From NCBI GenBank assembly GCA_038087875.1, contig CM075989.1:23190001-23254000 (forward strand): a DNA stretch of 64,000 nt. The letters are read 5' to 3'. Position numbers and translations under genes: made by a program. The notes under the pieces were generated by a model that was not told the origin of the DNA, searched no databases, and worked only from the letters and a program-made list of their open reading frames with translations. The DNA comes from Malacoraja senta (Eukaryota). How positions within the stretch are numbered: the first letter of the stretch is position 1; each line of letters starts with the position of its first letter. Shown in pieces: positions 23,501 to 38,500 of the stretch.

Positions 23501-26500
23501 GGGTGACAACTGTTTGGTTGTAAGTAGTCGCCCAAAGAGTAGCACCTTTTTCAGGTCGCTGCTGGATATTCAACATTTTGAAAATTTTCGAAGACCTGCT
23601 GCGACTATGACGGGTGCCGGCAAGTCGCCGAAAAAATCGCTTATGTGGGACAGACCCTTTAATGTTCAGGAATTGTGAATGATAAGTGGTGAAAGGACAC
23701 ACAAATGTGCTTTTGCATTGTTTCCACTCCATTGCTGTTGTCCCTGAAGGAGCTGTTTTACAATGCAGAAAAATAAAAAAACTGTTTGATTAGCAGTACA
23801 AATATTTAGAGCTTGTATTTGGCAGGAAACCAAAATAATTAAATCCAAAATAAACTTGGCTTCTCCAGATTCATAATTAGCAGTAAAGCCGATTGAACAG
23901 ATTGCACCAGATTTGTGTTAACTTTTGTAATACTACAGGGGGGGAAGTAGAGAAGATAAGACGCAAAATGCTGGAGTAACTCAGCGGGTCAGGCAGCATC
24001 TCTGGAGAGAAGAAATGGGTGAGGTTTTGGGTCGAGACCCTTCTTCAGACTGGTTTTAAGTCTAAAGAAGGGTCACGACCCGAAACGTCACCCATTCCTT
24101 CTCTTCAGAGATGTTGCCTGTCCCGCTGAGTTACTCCAGCATCTTGTGTCTATCCTGCATTGTATATATTTATTTACTTGAATAAAGTCTATTTTGATTT
24201 TTGTTTTTAAATGTGAAAGATGAGGGTGTTTGATAAGAGGACCATGTGAGTGAGCAGTAGTGGACAGTTAGTTAGCGCTTTGTTCTATAACTGTATATTT
24301 GTTCTGCGGTAGGAAAACGAGCACTTGCGGAGTTCCTTTCTGAAGAGCCAGACGGGCATTTCCATTCTCGAAGCCTCGTTGGACAAAGTCAAAAATGAAC
24401 TTTCTGATCATCACCTTGAGCGGAGTCGGTAAATAAATAATTCAGATATCAAATCCATTCTGCAACTTTTTGTTGTTGTTTTTTTGCATCTGTCCATTAT
24501 ATTCATTCTGGAATGTTCCCAATTCCTCGTAGTAGAATTAGGCCATTCGGCCCATCGTGTCTACTCTATCATTCAATCATGGCTGATCTCTGCCCCTAAT
24601 CCCATTCTCCTGCCTTCTCCCCATGACCCTTGGCACCCGTTCGAATCAAGAATTTGACTCTCTTCCTTAAAAATATTCACAAGACTTGGCCTCCACAGCC
24701 CCATGTGGCAATGAGTTCCACAGATTAACTACCCTCTGACCAAAGAAGTTCCTCCTCACCTCCTTTCTAAAAGAGCGTCCTTTAATTCTAAGGCTGGAAA
24801 CATCCTTTCTATATACACTCTATCTTCGAGTTGATTTATGCGTGCTCACTTGAGGGGCCTTTTCCGTGAGATATGTCCTCGCGTACGGCTCTGAAAGACC
24901 ACATCTGCCTTCGGCTCACCCCCTCCGTGACACATCGGTCAACCTGAGGAGCACCTTCAGCAACAGACTGGTTCCACCAAGATGCAGGACAGAACGCCAC
25001 AGGAGATCCTTCTTCCCTGTGGCTATCAAACTGTACAACTCCTCCCCCTTCTGTCGTGGGATAGACTGACTCACACCCCACTCCCCTCTCCTTCCCCAAT
25101 ATTTACACATCCCCAATCCTTTCCACTCATCACTTGTGTTTTATGACTGTTGGCAGATCATTTTCCCTCCAGGGATAAATGAAAGTTCTATTGTATTGTA
25201 TCGTTGTCAAATCCCTCTCCATGCTTCCAGTCTATCCCTTCATGCTGTGCTATCAGTCACCTGTTAAAATGCCAACCCTTGTCAGAGCCTATTGAGCTGC
25301 TCGAGGCATCTTGCAGTATGAAAGACATCCTGTATATTGTTGTACAGAGTTTCCATTTGTACTTGCTTTTGGAGAAAGGATAGGTGCGCGATGCCAAAAC
25401 AAATGATTTCTAGTGAGCTAATGGCAATATCCTTGGAGAAAGCTCTTGTTTCTGTAACTTGAGTATAATTGTGGGCTGCGGTAGAGTTGCTCCGGTAGAG
25501 TTGCTGCTTCAGCCCTGACTACGGGTGCTGTCTGTACGGAGTTTGTACGTTCTCCCCGTGACAGCGTGGGTTTTCTCCAAGATTTTCAGATTCTTCCCGC
25601 ACTCTAAAGACGTACAGGTATGTAGGTTAATTGAATTGGTGTATGTGTAAATTGTCCCTAGTGTGTGCAGGATAGTGTTAATGAGTGGCGATCGCTGGTC
25701 GGTGAGGACCCGGTGGGCAGAAGGGCCTGTTTCCGCACTGTATCTCTAAACTAAAATTGATTTGTCAGAAGCCGACTCAAAAGAACTGGAGTTAATGTAA
25801 AAAAAAAAATGTTTCCTTTAATATTTCTAATCTTCCCAAACCAGGACAAAAGAAGCTATAAAGAAACTAGCAGAAGAGAACGACTTCTCCACAAACCAGA
25901 TACGGATGCTTCAGTGAGTCGTTTTTACTCTTTCTTCAAATCTAATTTCAACTTAGAAACGTGATATAAATGCACGTCTCGGATATAGAGGGAATTCTTA
26001 TAGAAACGTATACAATTCTTAAGTGATTGGACAGGCTAGATGCAGGAAAAATGTTACCCATGTTGGGGGAGTCCAGAACCAGGGGTCACAGTTTAAGAAT
26101 AAGGGGTAGGCCATTGAGGACAGAGATGAGGAAAACCTTTTTCACCCAGAGAGTTGTGAAACTGGAATTCTCTGCCACAGAGGGCAGTGGAGGCCGATTC
26201 ACTGGATGTTTTCAAGAGGGAGTTAGATAGAGCTCTTCGGGCTAACAGAATCAAGGGATATGGGGAGAAGGCAGGAACGGGGTACTGATTTATGGATGAT
26301 CAGCCATGATCATATTGAATGGCGGTGCTGGCTCACAGGCCTACTCCTGCACCTATTCTCTATGTTTCTAAAAAAGGAAAATGCTATAAAAACTGGGCAG
26401 AATCTATGAAGGTCTTTTTTGATTTGGTGACATTTAGATTTGACATAAATGTAAGTTGCTGTTATTGGCTTTCTTCCCCAAAGTTTTTTTTGACTCAGTT

Positions 26501-29500
26501 AGGTTGTTGTTGATGTTCACCTTATTCACCGTCCCTTCTATTTTCTTAGAGAAGCTAATAAGGCCCTTTACGATAGCAATAATGGATTAAGAAGTACTTT
26601 GGAAAAGAATCACAGCACAAATAAAAAGGTACGTTTCTAAAGTAAAATCCTTTGGGGAAATTGACTGTTTCCAGGTAGTAAAGATCACTATGTAACGAAT
26701 GATTCTCTTTCTGACATCGCAGAGCCCATCCAACAAGGCAAAAGTCAAAAATATGATGAAGCACTTTCCGCCTGCCTGGTAGTGTCAGTTCAGAAACTGA
26801 ACATTAATATTACTTCTGTTGTAACCAGTTTAATTTAGAGATACTGCACGGAAATAGGGCCTTCGGCCCACCGTGTCCGCACCGACCAGCGATCCCCACA
26901 CATTAACACTACCCTACACACACTAGGGACGATTTACATTGATACCAAGCCAATTAACCTACAAACATGTACATCCTTGGAGTGTGGGAGGGAACCGGAT
27001 ATCCCGGAGAAAACCCACGCAGGTCACAGGGAGAACATACAAACTCCACACAGACAGCACCCGTGGTCAGGATCGAACCGGGGTCTCTGGCGCTGTAACC
27101 CAGCAACTCTACCTCTGCGCCACCGTGCCATCCCTGGAAGATTAAATACTTTTATAATCTTTAAATATAATTCAACTACATTAAATATCTTGTAATTAAA
27201 TACAAAATTTGATTGAGTATATCAGAATCCCTGTGGTGGGTTTTTTTGGTCTGCAGAGAACCTTAAGTTTATCCATTAATATGTTAATTTTCTTGTGATA
27301 CATAGATACATAGATACATAGAAAATAGGTGCAGGAGTAGGCCATTCGGCCCTTTGAGCCTGCACCGCCATTCAATACGATCATGGCTGATCATCCAACT
27401 CAGTATCCCGTACCTGCCTTCTCTCCATACCCCCTGACCCCTTTAGCCACAAGGGCCACATCTAATTCCCTCTTAAATATAGCCAATGAACTGGCCTCAA
27501 CTACCCTCTGTGGCAGAGAGTTCCAGAGATTCACCACTCTCTGTGTGAAAAAGTTTTTCCTCATCTCGGTCTTAAAGGATTTCCCCCTTATCCTTAAGCT
27601 GTGACCCCTTGTCCTGGACTTCCCCAACATCGGGAACAATCTTCCTGCATCTAGCCTGTCCAACCCCATAAGAATTTTGTACATTTCTATAAGATCCCCT
27701 CTCAATCTCCTAAATTCTAGCGAGTATAAGCCAAGTCTATCCAGTCTTTCTTCATATGAAAGTCCTGACATCCCAGGAATCAGTCTGGTGAACCTTCTCT
27801 GCACTCCCTCTATGGCTATAATGTCCTTCCTCAGATTTGGAGACCAAAACAGTACGCAATACTCCAGGTGTGGTCTCACCAAGACCCTGTACAACTGCAG
27901 TAGAACCTCCCTGCTCCTATACTCAAATCCTCTTGCTATGAAGGCCAACATACCATTCGCTTTCTTCACTGCCTGCTGCACCTGCATGCCTACTTTCAAT
28001 GACTGGTGTACCAATGACTGGTGGCCGTCACTAGCGAGAAATAATTAATTTGCCTTTCCCGACCTACCCTGGCAAAGGAAGTGGTGAGATGGTACATTGG
28101 ACACTGCAGTTTAGTTTATTGCCACGTGTACCGAGGTACAGTGAAAAGCTTCTGTTGTGTGCCATTACATGATAAGGTATATTCAGATAATATAGGGCCA
28201 ATAGATCACTCTAACTTCAAGTAGCCCCGGCATTCCCTCTCTCTCTATACCTCCCCCAACCAAGTCGCACCAGCTTCTCGTTTTCACCCAACAAACAGCT
28301 AACAGTGGCCTGTTTCCTTTATCATCGTTACTTTTTTGCATATCTTTCATTCAAGATTCAAGAGAGTTTCTTGTCATGTGTCCCAGATAGGACAATGAAA
28401 TTCTTGCTTTGCTTCAGCACAACAGAATATAGAAGGCATGAATACAGAACAGATCAGTGTGTCCATATACCATTGTATAAATATCTACACACATCAATAA
28501 ATAAAACAGATAAAGTGCAAATAAACAGATAATGGGCTATTAATGTTCACAGTTTTGTTTGAGTTGAGTTCAATAGCCTGATGGCTGTGGGGAAGAAGCT
28601 CTCTGTATCATTGTCTATATCTCTCGTTTCCCTTTTCCCAATCTAGTCTGAAGAAGGGTCTTGACCCGAAATGTCACCCATTCCTTCTCTCCAGAGATGC
28701 TGCCTGTACCGCTGAGTTACTCCGGCCTTTTGTGTCTGTCTTCAGTTTAAACCAGCATCTGCAGTTCCCCCTTACACAGATAATCTTAGTCCTTGGCTGT
28801 TGGGAGTTTCAGGATTTTGTTCTTGAGGTTCTCTGCAGACCAACGATCACCCCGTACACTAGCTGTTTAAGAAGGAACTGCAGATGCTGGATAATCGAAG
28901 GTAGACAAAAATGCTGGAGAAACTCAGTGGGTGAGGCAGCATCTATGGAGCGAAGGAAATAGCTGCCTCACCCACTGAGACAGCTAAAATGGTGTAAAGA
29001 CACACAGCATATGATTAGACAGGAGCAATGCAAAGCCTGGATTGTGTATTTTGAATGGTATCATTGATCTGAACCACTGATTTTGTTAGCAGATGTTAAG
29101 CTGTTCAGTCATCTGAATATTGATGAAAAAGGGTCTGTGAAGCCTGGAATTAAAGAATTATTGTCATTGCCCGAGTTCTGGGAAGTGATATTTGCAGTGT
29201 TTACTAATGGCCTGTTTCTCTTGTCTCCAGCATTCCACAGTTGAACCAGAGGTGAAAGAATCAAATGGATTGGATGCAATGAATTACAACAGGTTTGCAA
29301 AATAAAACATTGGACATGTGGACAATAGAAATAAAATGCTTCAACCAGCATGGGGTCTGTCGGCAATACTAGTTCAATTGTTTAATGATCTTGGTATTTG
29401 CCTGGTTTCACAATCACAATAGAGTCAGTCATAGTGTTGAAATAGCCCTTCGGACCAACATGCCCCAATCTACACTAGTCCATCTCCCTGCATTTGGCCC

Positions 29501-32500
29501 ATATCCCTCTAAACCTATCCTCTCCATGTACGTGTCTAAATGTTTTCTTAAATGTTTGTGATAGAACCTGTATTAACCACCTCTTCTGGCAGCTCATTCC
29601 AGACACCCCATCAGCCTCTGTGCGAAATGGTTGTACCCAGGTTCTTATTGATCCTCTCCCCCCCCCCCCCTCACCAAAAAAAAACGATGGTCTCTGGTTC
29701 TTAATTTCCCATACTCTGGGTAAAAGACCCTGCACATTTATCCTACCTATTCCTCTCATCTTGTACACGTCTGGTCTGTAAAAGGCGATGGAAACCCCCT
29801 GGAGAAAGTGAATACAAAGTTCTCAAATTTCTAGGAATTCAAATACCTAGGAGTCGGTATCACCAACAACTTCTGGACCACCCATATCGAAGCAACGACC
29901 AAGAAACCACACCAACGTCTCTGCTTCCTTAGAAGGCTTAGGAAGGTTGGCATGTCCCCTACAACTCTCACCAACTTCTACAGATGCACCATAGAAAACA
30001 TTTTTATCAGGATGCATCACAGCTTGGTTTGGGAACACCTCCGCCCAGACAACAGAAACCAATCTCCCTTCCATTGACTCCCATCTACACCTCACGCTGC
30101 CTCGGCAAGGCAAGCAGCATAATCAAGGACCAGTCGCACCCTGGCCACTCCCTCTTCTCCCCTTTTCCATCGGGCAAATGGTATAGAAGTGTGAAAACGC
30201 ACACCTCCAGATTCAGGGGACAGTTTCTTCCCAGCTGTTACCAGGCAACTGAAGCATCCTACCACAACCAGAGAGCAGTCCCTGAACTACTATCTACCTC
30301 ATTGGTGACCCATGTCTCTGCATACTGTAAATTGATCGATTGTAATCATGTATTGTGTTTCTGCTAACTGGATAGCACGCAACAAAAAGCTTTTCACTGT
30401 ACTTCAGTAAAACGTGATGATAAAACTAAACTGAACCCTGTATAAAGTGTTGTAAATGATTTGAACAAGGTAGGCGTGGTTGTGAGGAGATTGTTCACTG
30501 GTTGGTTTAGTAGCCTATTGCTACAGGAAGTAAATATTTGGATACTTCCAATGAGAAACTCGACTGGAATATGTAGCATTATAAGATTGGGGGCGGCAGG
30601 GTGGCGCAGCGGTAGAGTTGCAGTGCCAGAGACCCAGGTTCAATCCCGACCACGGGTGCTGTCTGTGCGGAGTTTGTGCGTTCTCACTGTGACCGCGTCG
30701 ATTTTCTCCGGGTGCTCCCACATTCCCAAGACGCAAAGGTTGTTTTGGCTTCGGTAAAATTTGTAAAATGTCCCTAGTGTTGTAGGATAGTGCTAGTGTA
30801 CGGGGTCAGCGTGGACTCGGGTGGGCCAAAGGGCCTGTTTGCCGCACTGTATCTCTAAAGTAAAAGTCCAGGTTAATTGGCTGAATAACCTGTTTCTGTG
30901 CTGTGTATTCTGTGTAATTCCTTGTAGCTTGGCCAATGGTGATGCTGACTCCATGATTTTGAATAATGATGTATCCAGGCACAGAAATCTCGGAAGTAGC
31001 AAAACTGGGCCCACCCGATACCTGGATAGTGGTGTGTCTACGATCCAGGATGTGGCTGATTATTCCTCAGATGAGTACGACAGCGAGCACAGTGATGATT
31101 CCCGTGAAACGATGCACTACAGTTACTCGTACGTGGCCTCCGATGCAGAGGTGAGTGAGTGGACCTGGTCTGAGGCTTTAACGTCTAGACCACAAGTGAC
31201 TGACAATGGTTGATGGAATGATGCTGATGATACTCTATTGTCACTTGTACCCACTGTATGTACAGTGAAATTCTTTGTTTTAACACACAATCCAGTCAAA
31301 TCATAGTTTTGACACAAAATGCTGGAGTAACTCACCGGGACAGGCAGCATCTCTGGAGAGATGGAATGGGTGACGTTTGGGGTCGAGACCCTTCAGACCC
31401 GAAACGTCACCCATTTCCTTCTCTCCAAAGATGCTGCCTGTCCCGGTGAGTTACTCCAGCATTTGTATTGTGTCTATCTTCGATTTAAAACCAGCATCTG
31501 CAGTTCCTTCTTACACAACAATCATACAATAGATGAGGACAATTCTTCAGACGACCTGTGAAGATGTCCCGTACCAGAATGGCAACACGGTAGAGCTGCT
31601 GGCTTACAGCGCTAGGGACCCGGGTTCGATCCTGACCATGGGTGCTGTCTGTATGGAGTTTTTACTTTCTCCCCGTGACCGCGTGGGATATCTCCGTGGC
31701 GGGTGGGCGGGACAGGCCTGCAGTCCTGGTATGGCCATGCAGTTTTGACCATCATCTGTCTCCTTCCACCTCCTCCGCCAAGGACTCCTGCTGGTGTAAA
31801 CCTGCTAGGTCCACATTCCTTTCTATAAAACTGCCATAGAAATCTGACAACAGACCCTAGCAACTCCAAAGCAGAAAATGAATAGTGTGCTTCCCGGTAG
31901 GTGCACTGGTTCTGTAATGCAGTCAGCAATGTGAGGTGCAGTCACAATCGAATAACCCACAATGAGAGTGGTCGAGAATGTACATTTCCACATAGACTGA
32001 ATGGTGAGAGGCAGGAATGTAACATGTACAACTACAATTAAAAAGAGAATCCACTCGGAGTCCAATCATTCATCTGTATTTTGTTGTGGTTCACAATGAA
32101 ATGTTGACATTTTGAAGGTATTGTTGTGTTTGGTTTCCTGATTCAAACTCCACGGCCTAATCTGACCATTGGTGTACCTGCTGTACTTTGTGTTAAGTGA
32201 ATACTTTGTCTTTTTTCCAGCAGAGAGGATTTAAATCGAAGATAGACACAATACAAAACTAAAGGACATAGGCTTAAGATGAGAAGGGAGAGATTTAAGA
32301 TAAACCTTGGGAGTAACTTTCACTCGGAGAGTAGTCTTATCTGGAATTAGTGTGAATGAGTGTGTGTGTGTGTGTGTGAGTGTGTGTGTGAGTGAGTGTG
32401 TGTGTGAGTGTGAGTGAGTGTGAGTGTGAGTGTGTACCTTGGTAGATGTGACATTAATAAACTAAACTAAATTGGTGAAAATTAAAATAATGTCTGAAAT

Positions 32501-35500
32501 TATTGTGGAATTTTAAGTATTTCATTTACATGCAGTGTACATTAATGGATGATTCACCCCTCATGGTTTGTGTTGGTGAATAGCAGTGAATTTATTGTCT
32601 GGCTGTGTTTCTCTCAGACGCCAGAGGTGAGGACGGAGGTGGATGGAGTAGCTGGAAGCTGGAAACCCTCCAGACCCGTCAGTCGCTGCAGCTCCACTGC
32701 ATCTTCCCGGAGACGCCTGCCTGCATTCACACCCAAGGTAACGTCGCGACGGTGACCACCAGCAACATGCTCTCTGCCCTGTCTCCCTCAAATAAGAACA
32801 CGTACAGTGCTTCACTGTTTATGTTTAGTTTGGAGAGACAGCACGGAAACAGGCCCTTCAGCCAAACGGGTCCGTGCCAACCAGCGATCCCCGTACATTA
32901 ACACTATCCTACACACACACTAGGAACAATTTTTTGTCTTTACATTTACACCAAGTCAATTTGCCTACATACCTGTACGTCTTTGGAGTGTGGGAGGAAA
33001 CCGAAGATCTCGGAGAAAACCCACGGGATCGTGTACAAACTCAGTACAGACAGCACCCGTAGTCGGGATCGAACCTGGGTCTCCGGTGCTGCATGCTCTG
33101 TAAGGCTACCACTGCACCACCATGCCGCACGGAGGGGGTGTGTGCCCTCTCACTGGGTGGGAGTTGAAGAGGGAGTGGGATGTGAGAAGGATGATAAAAG
33201 TTGACTACACTATTACCCTCCATGGTTTCAGCTCCTTAGATTGACGTAGGTCTTGCAAAGGCATCTCATATCTCGCCCAGAGTCTCCTTTGCGAAGGCAG
33301 GCATGTTTGTTTCTTTGGTTTTAGTTACTATGCTCTATACTATCATATACTGCAAAGAAAATGTTTTTACACACTGTTTCTTATAAAGCAACATTTAAAG
33401 CTGAAAAAAATATGGACAAAGGACAAAGGACAAAGGACATTTATTATCACAAATACACCAATTGGTGTAGTGAAATTTGACTTGCCAATGCAGCACACAA
33501 ATAAAGACACAACATCCAAGAATTTTTTTGATTAATATTTTTATTAGAAGCAAACATATTATAAAGTATAGTAACATATTATAATAGAAAAAAAACTTTT
33601 CATATACATCAATCATACATTATTTAAATTGTCAATTGTCGATTAATTCTGCTTCTAGTGATTTTTTAATATAGATAGAAAAAGAGAGATAGAAAGAAAA
33701 AAGCATTACAAATATCAATTACTTGTAATACGTCATTGGAGATAAGTTCGTAGGTTATGAAATGTAATTTTACATCTAATCCTGAGTTCAAGCTTCAGTT
33801 GGGTTTTCGCCCAACATCCAAGAATTTAACAGTAAACATAAAAGCATCCCCCCACAATGGTTCCCACTGTGGGGGAAGGCAGCAAAGTCCAGTCCCATCC
33901 CCAGTTCACCCATTGTCGGGGCCTATTGAGGCCTCTGCAGTCGCCGATATGGCAGCCCGATGCTTCAGGCCCTCTCGCCGGATGATGGAGTTCTGGCGTT
34001 GGGTGAACACTCTCGACGGCCCGGAGTGTCTGGAGCGGCCGCCTCCTCCCAGTAGACCGCGGCTCCCGAAGTCCACGAGCCGCGCTGGTCGGAGCTCCGA
34101 CTCTGGCGACCTCATCGTGAGATCCCAGGCTCAGCGGTGTTTAAGGTTCAGCGCCGCCCGCGGCTGGAAGCTCCACAGACCGCAGACCGCAGACCGCAGA
34201 CCGCAGCTCCGCGATGGTGGAGCCGGCGGTCACAGCTCTCCGGAGCTTACTGCACGGCGACCTGGGTAAGGCATCGCCCGCTCCGCGATGGTGCTTCAGC
34301 GCTGTGCCGCCGCCGAAGCTGAAGTCCTGGCCGGTCCCGGCAGAAAACGCCGCTCCAGACTGTTGGTAGGCCGCGAGGAAAGGGCGAAAACACGGCTCGG
34401 AGAAAAGCCGCATCTCCGACCAGGTCGGTACTGAGAAAAATAGTTTCCCCCTTTCCCCACCCCCACCCCACACATAAAAAGACTAAAAGAACTCCAAAAC
34501 AAACACTTTTAACTAACTAAAAATAAAAAAAGGGTGAAAAGACTAACAGCTGCTGGCAGGGCAGCCATACTCGACGGAGCCCCCTACGAAAATATGGGAT
34601 TACTTTTATGGAATTTAAAGTGCAAGTTTTATAGACTGTTTAGCTCGACATAAAAAACAAAGTGCTGGAGTAACTCAGCAGGTCAAGCAATATCTCTGGA
34701 GAACGTGGATATGTGACGTTTCAGGTCGGGACCCTTCTTCAGACTCTCTCAATGGGATAGTGCAATTAAATTGCCTTTACATTTTGATATCCTCAAGACA
34801 GTTGTAATTTGATTAATACAATTGAGACTTGCACTAATGCAACACAGCAGTTTTAGTGCTTTGACTGCCACTTCTGATTAACTTTTTCTGGAATTACTAG
34901 ATCATTTAAAAAAAATTATGCAGAGCCATTTGCTAAATTGTGTGGTTAATTGCTGAACTGGCAAATGTGAAAAATTGTGGCTGTTTTAATTAAACCTGAT
35001 GCCCTTGAACACGCAACAAGTAGATTTTGCTGTTTCTCTAAAATGTTAGACAACTGATAACAATGAACAATTCTCCCAATGGAATGGGAGCACCCGGAGA
35101 AAACCTACGCAGTCACAGGGAGAACGTGCAGACAGCATCCATAGTCAGGATTGAAGCCAGGTCTCTGGCGCTGTGAGGCAGCAACTCTACCGCTGTGCCA
35201 CCCTAGGCACAGATCTGGCTATGGTTGAATAACAGAGCTGATTGGGGTAGTTCACTGAGACGGTGACAATGGTATTTTCTATAAATAGAATGCCATCTTT
35301 GCAGGACTGGCCAGGCTTTCCACAGGGTCACAAAATAGGTGGATCACCACAATCCGCTGACCATTAGTTCATCTCTAGACCACTGCACAGCACATTTTAG
35401 CTGGTGAATGTCTAAGGTCTCCATTTCTGTTTGGAGAGCAGGTGTGGAGGGTGGCGTGAGGTTGTTTGCATTGGTTTTTTTAAAACTGAAACGAAAAGCG

Positions 35501-38500
35501 CATTTTTAACCATTTCTGAAGTTGGGTAAACAGTTACACAGTTTGCAATGATGTATCTCTCTTGGGATCACACTGGCCCTAGTTAACGATCAGCCTATCG
35601 GGGAGCCTCCCGCGCTTTCTTACTTCCATCCCCCCCCCCCCCCCCCAAAATCATTCTGAGTAAAGGTCCCAACCCAAGACGTCACCTATCCATGTTCTCC
35701 AGTGATGCTGCCTGACCTACTGAGTTACTCCAGCATCCTGTGTCCATCCATGGTATAAACCAGCATCTGCAGTTTTTTAAATTACATTATGTACATTCTT
35801 AATCTTGTTTTTAATGTTTTCAGACGACAGGCTTTGTGGGTGATGACTTCCGAGGAGATGGACCACTCTACAGACTTGTCCTTGCAGGAGATGCGGGGTC
35901 GGGCAAATCCAGCTTCCTGCTGCGTTTGTGTATGAACGAATTTAAAGGACACATTCAGACCACGTTGGGTGAGCTGACTGCCCCTTGCTGCCCGGCCCTG
36001 TGTCTTCAATGAATGTGATCTCATGGGAAGCTGGACTAACTCAGCGGGACAGGCAGCATCTCTGGAGAGAAGGAATGGGTGGTGTTTCTGGTCGAGACCC
36101 TTCTTCAGTCAGGGGAGTCAAGGGAAAGGGAAATGAGAGATGTACTGTAGTAGATGATGTAGAGACATAGAGAACAATGAATGAAAGATATGCAAAAAGT
36201 AATGATGATAAAGGAAACAAGCCATTGTTAGCTGTTTGTTGGGTGAAAATGAGATCTCTTGGGAAGTTTGATTAATTTCAACCTGTTAACCGGGAAGGAC
36301 TTTTGGTGCAGTGGTAGAGCTACTGTCTCACAGCGCCAGAGACTGGGGTTTGATCCTGACTATGGGTGCTGTCTGTAGGGAGTTTGTACGTTCACCCTGT
36401 GACCACATGGGTTTTCTCCGAGATCTTCGGTTTCCTTCCACACTCCAAAGACGTACAGGTTTGTAGGTTAATTGGCTTGGTGAAAATGTAAAAATTGTCG
36501 CCAGGATAGTGTTAATGTGCGGGGATCGCTGGTCGATCCAGACCATTCCATTCCCCAGCACTTTGTGTTTGACTGACGATTTCAGCATCTTCAGTGCTGC
36601 ATTGCCTCAGCCAACTGTGGAGGCCAAGTCATTGGGTATTTTTAAAGTGGAGATTGACTGTTTTTTATTGGCCGGCCATTGATCACCCGTTCATACTAGA
36701 TCTGTATTATCCCACTCTCTCATCCACTCCTTACACACTAGAGGCACTATACAGAGGCCAATTAACCTGTAAACCCCCATGTCTTTGGGATGTGGGATGT
36801 GGGAGGAAACCGGAGCACCCGGAGAAAACCCACGGGGTCACAGAGAGAACGTGCAAACTCTGTACAGACAGCACCCGTAGTCAGGATTGAACAAATAATA
36901 TGCTTTCCCCTGTACGCTGGGTCATGTTAATGAGTGTAGATTTATTTAACCATGGTTATTCTTTCAAAAGTTCCGATCCAAGTGAAACTTGTCATATGTT
37001 TCCAGGAGTTGACTTCCAAATGAAGAAGCTGCTGGTTGATGGAGAAAGTGCCACGTTACAGATCTGGGATACTGCCGGTCAGGAGAGGTACGGCAGACTG
37101 TGTGAAACGAGGATATATTTGTTTCTCTATTTGATGTCTTTGTTTATGTCAGACTCCAAAACCATGTGCCACTGAAAATCACTTTTAGTTTAGGATTTAT
37201 TTTATCATCACGAGTACCGAGGTACAGTGATAAGCTTTTTCTTATCCAGTCAACGGAAAGACTATACATGATTACAATCAAGCCATCCACAGTGAAGAGA
37301 TACAGTATAAAGGGAATAACATTTAGTGCAAGATAAAGTCCGATTAAAGATGGTCAGAGGGTCTCCAATGAGGTAGATGGTAGCTCAGCACCTCACTCTA
37401 GTTGTTGATAGGATGGTTCAGATGACTGATAACAGCTGGGAAGAAACTGTCCCTGAATCTGGAGGTGTGCATTTTCACACTTCTGTACCTTTTCCCTGAT
37501 GGGAGAAGTGGGAGGGACCGGGGTGAGACTGGTCCTCGATGATGCTGGTGATCTAGCTGAGGCAGTGTGAAGTGTAGATGGATTGTACCAGGCCTTGTAC
37601 TTTATTCTTACAAGGTTTTGAAATATCAGTGTCATTATATTAGCTATATGAAAAATGAGGATGTAACCAGTTAAAAGGTTAATGAGATACAACATTGGTA
37701 CAGGTCTTTGAGCCCCCCGAATCGACGCTGATCATTGATCGCCCGTTCACACTAGTTCTATGTTATTCCCACTTTCTCATCCACTCCCTGCACACTAGGA
37801 GGCGATTTACAGAAGCCAATTAACCTACAATTCCACACGGCTATGGGATGTAGGAGGAATCCAGAGCACCCAGAGAAAACCCTCGTGGTCACAGGGAGGA
37901 CATGCCAGCACCCGTGGTCAGGATTGAACCTGAGTCTCTGGCACCGTGAGGCAGCAACTCTACCGCTGCGCCACCGTGCTGCCTTACCCTCTTTATTATA
38001 AGCTTTAACTATATAGTTAAATATAATAACAATTAATAATACTAAAATCTTAAACTATATAATTTATTTTTTGGCCATGTGAAGAGTGAGGACGTTGAAG
38101 GGTTAATGCAGGAAAAAATGAGATATGGAACTTTTACATTTTTGTGTAGACATACAGAAAGTTTATACTTTGAAGGTGAAATCTGCCCAATAATATTAAT
38201 ATATTAGACACAAAAAGCTGGAGTAACTCAGCGGGACGGGCAGCATCTCTGGATAGAAGTAATGGGTGACGTTTCGGGTCGAGACCCTTCTCCAGTCTCG
38301 AACCGAAACGTCACCCATTCCTTGGATTAGACCAGCATCTGCAGTTCCTTATTACACAATATTAATGTATTAGAATATATACCTTCCCAAGATTAACTTG
38401 GCCCTTGTGATTTCGCAAAGATGAATTTGATAAATTTGTAATCCATACCCTATTGTAAACAAAACCTGTCCAACAGATACCTGATTGTTCTGAATATTGT

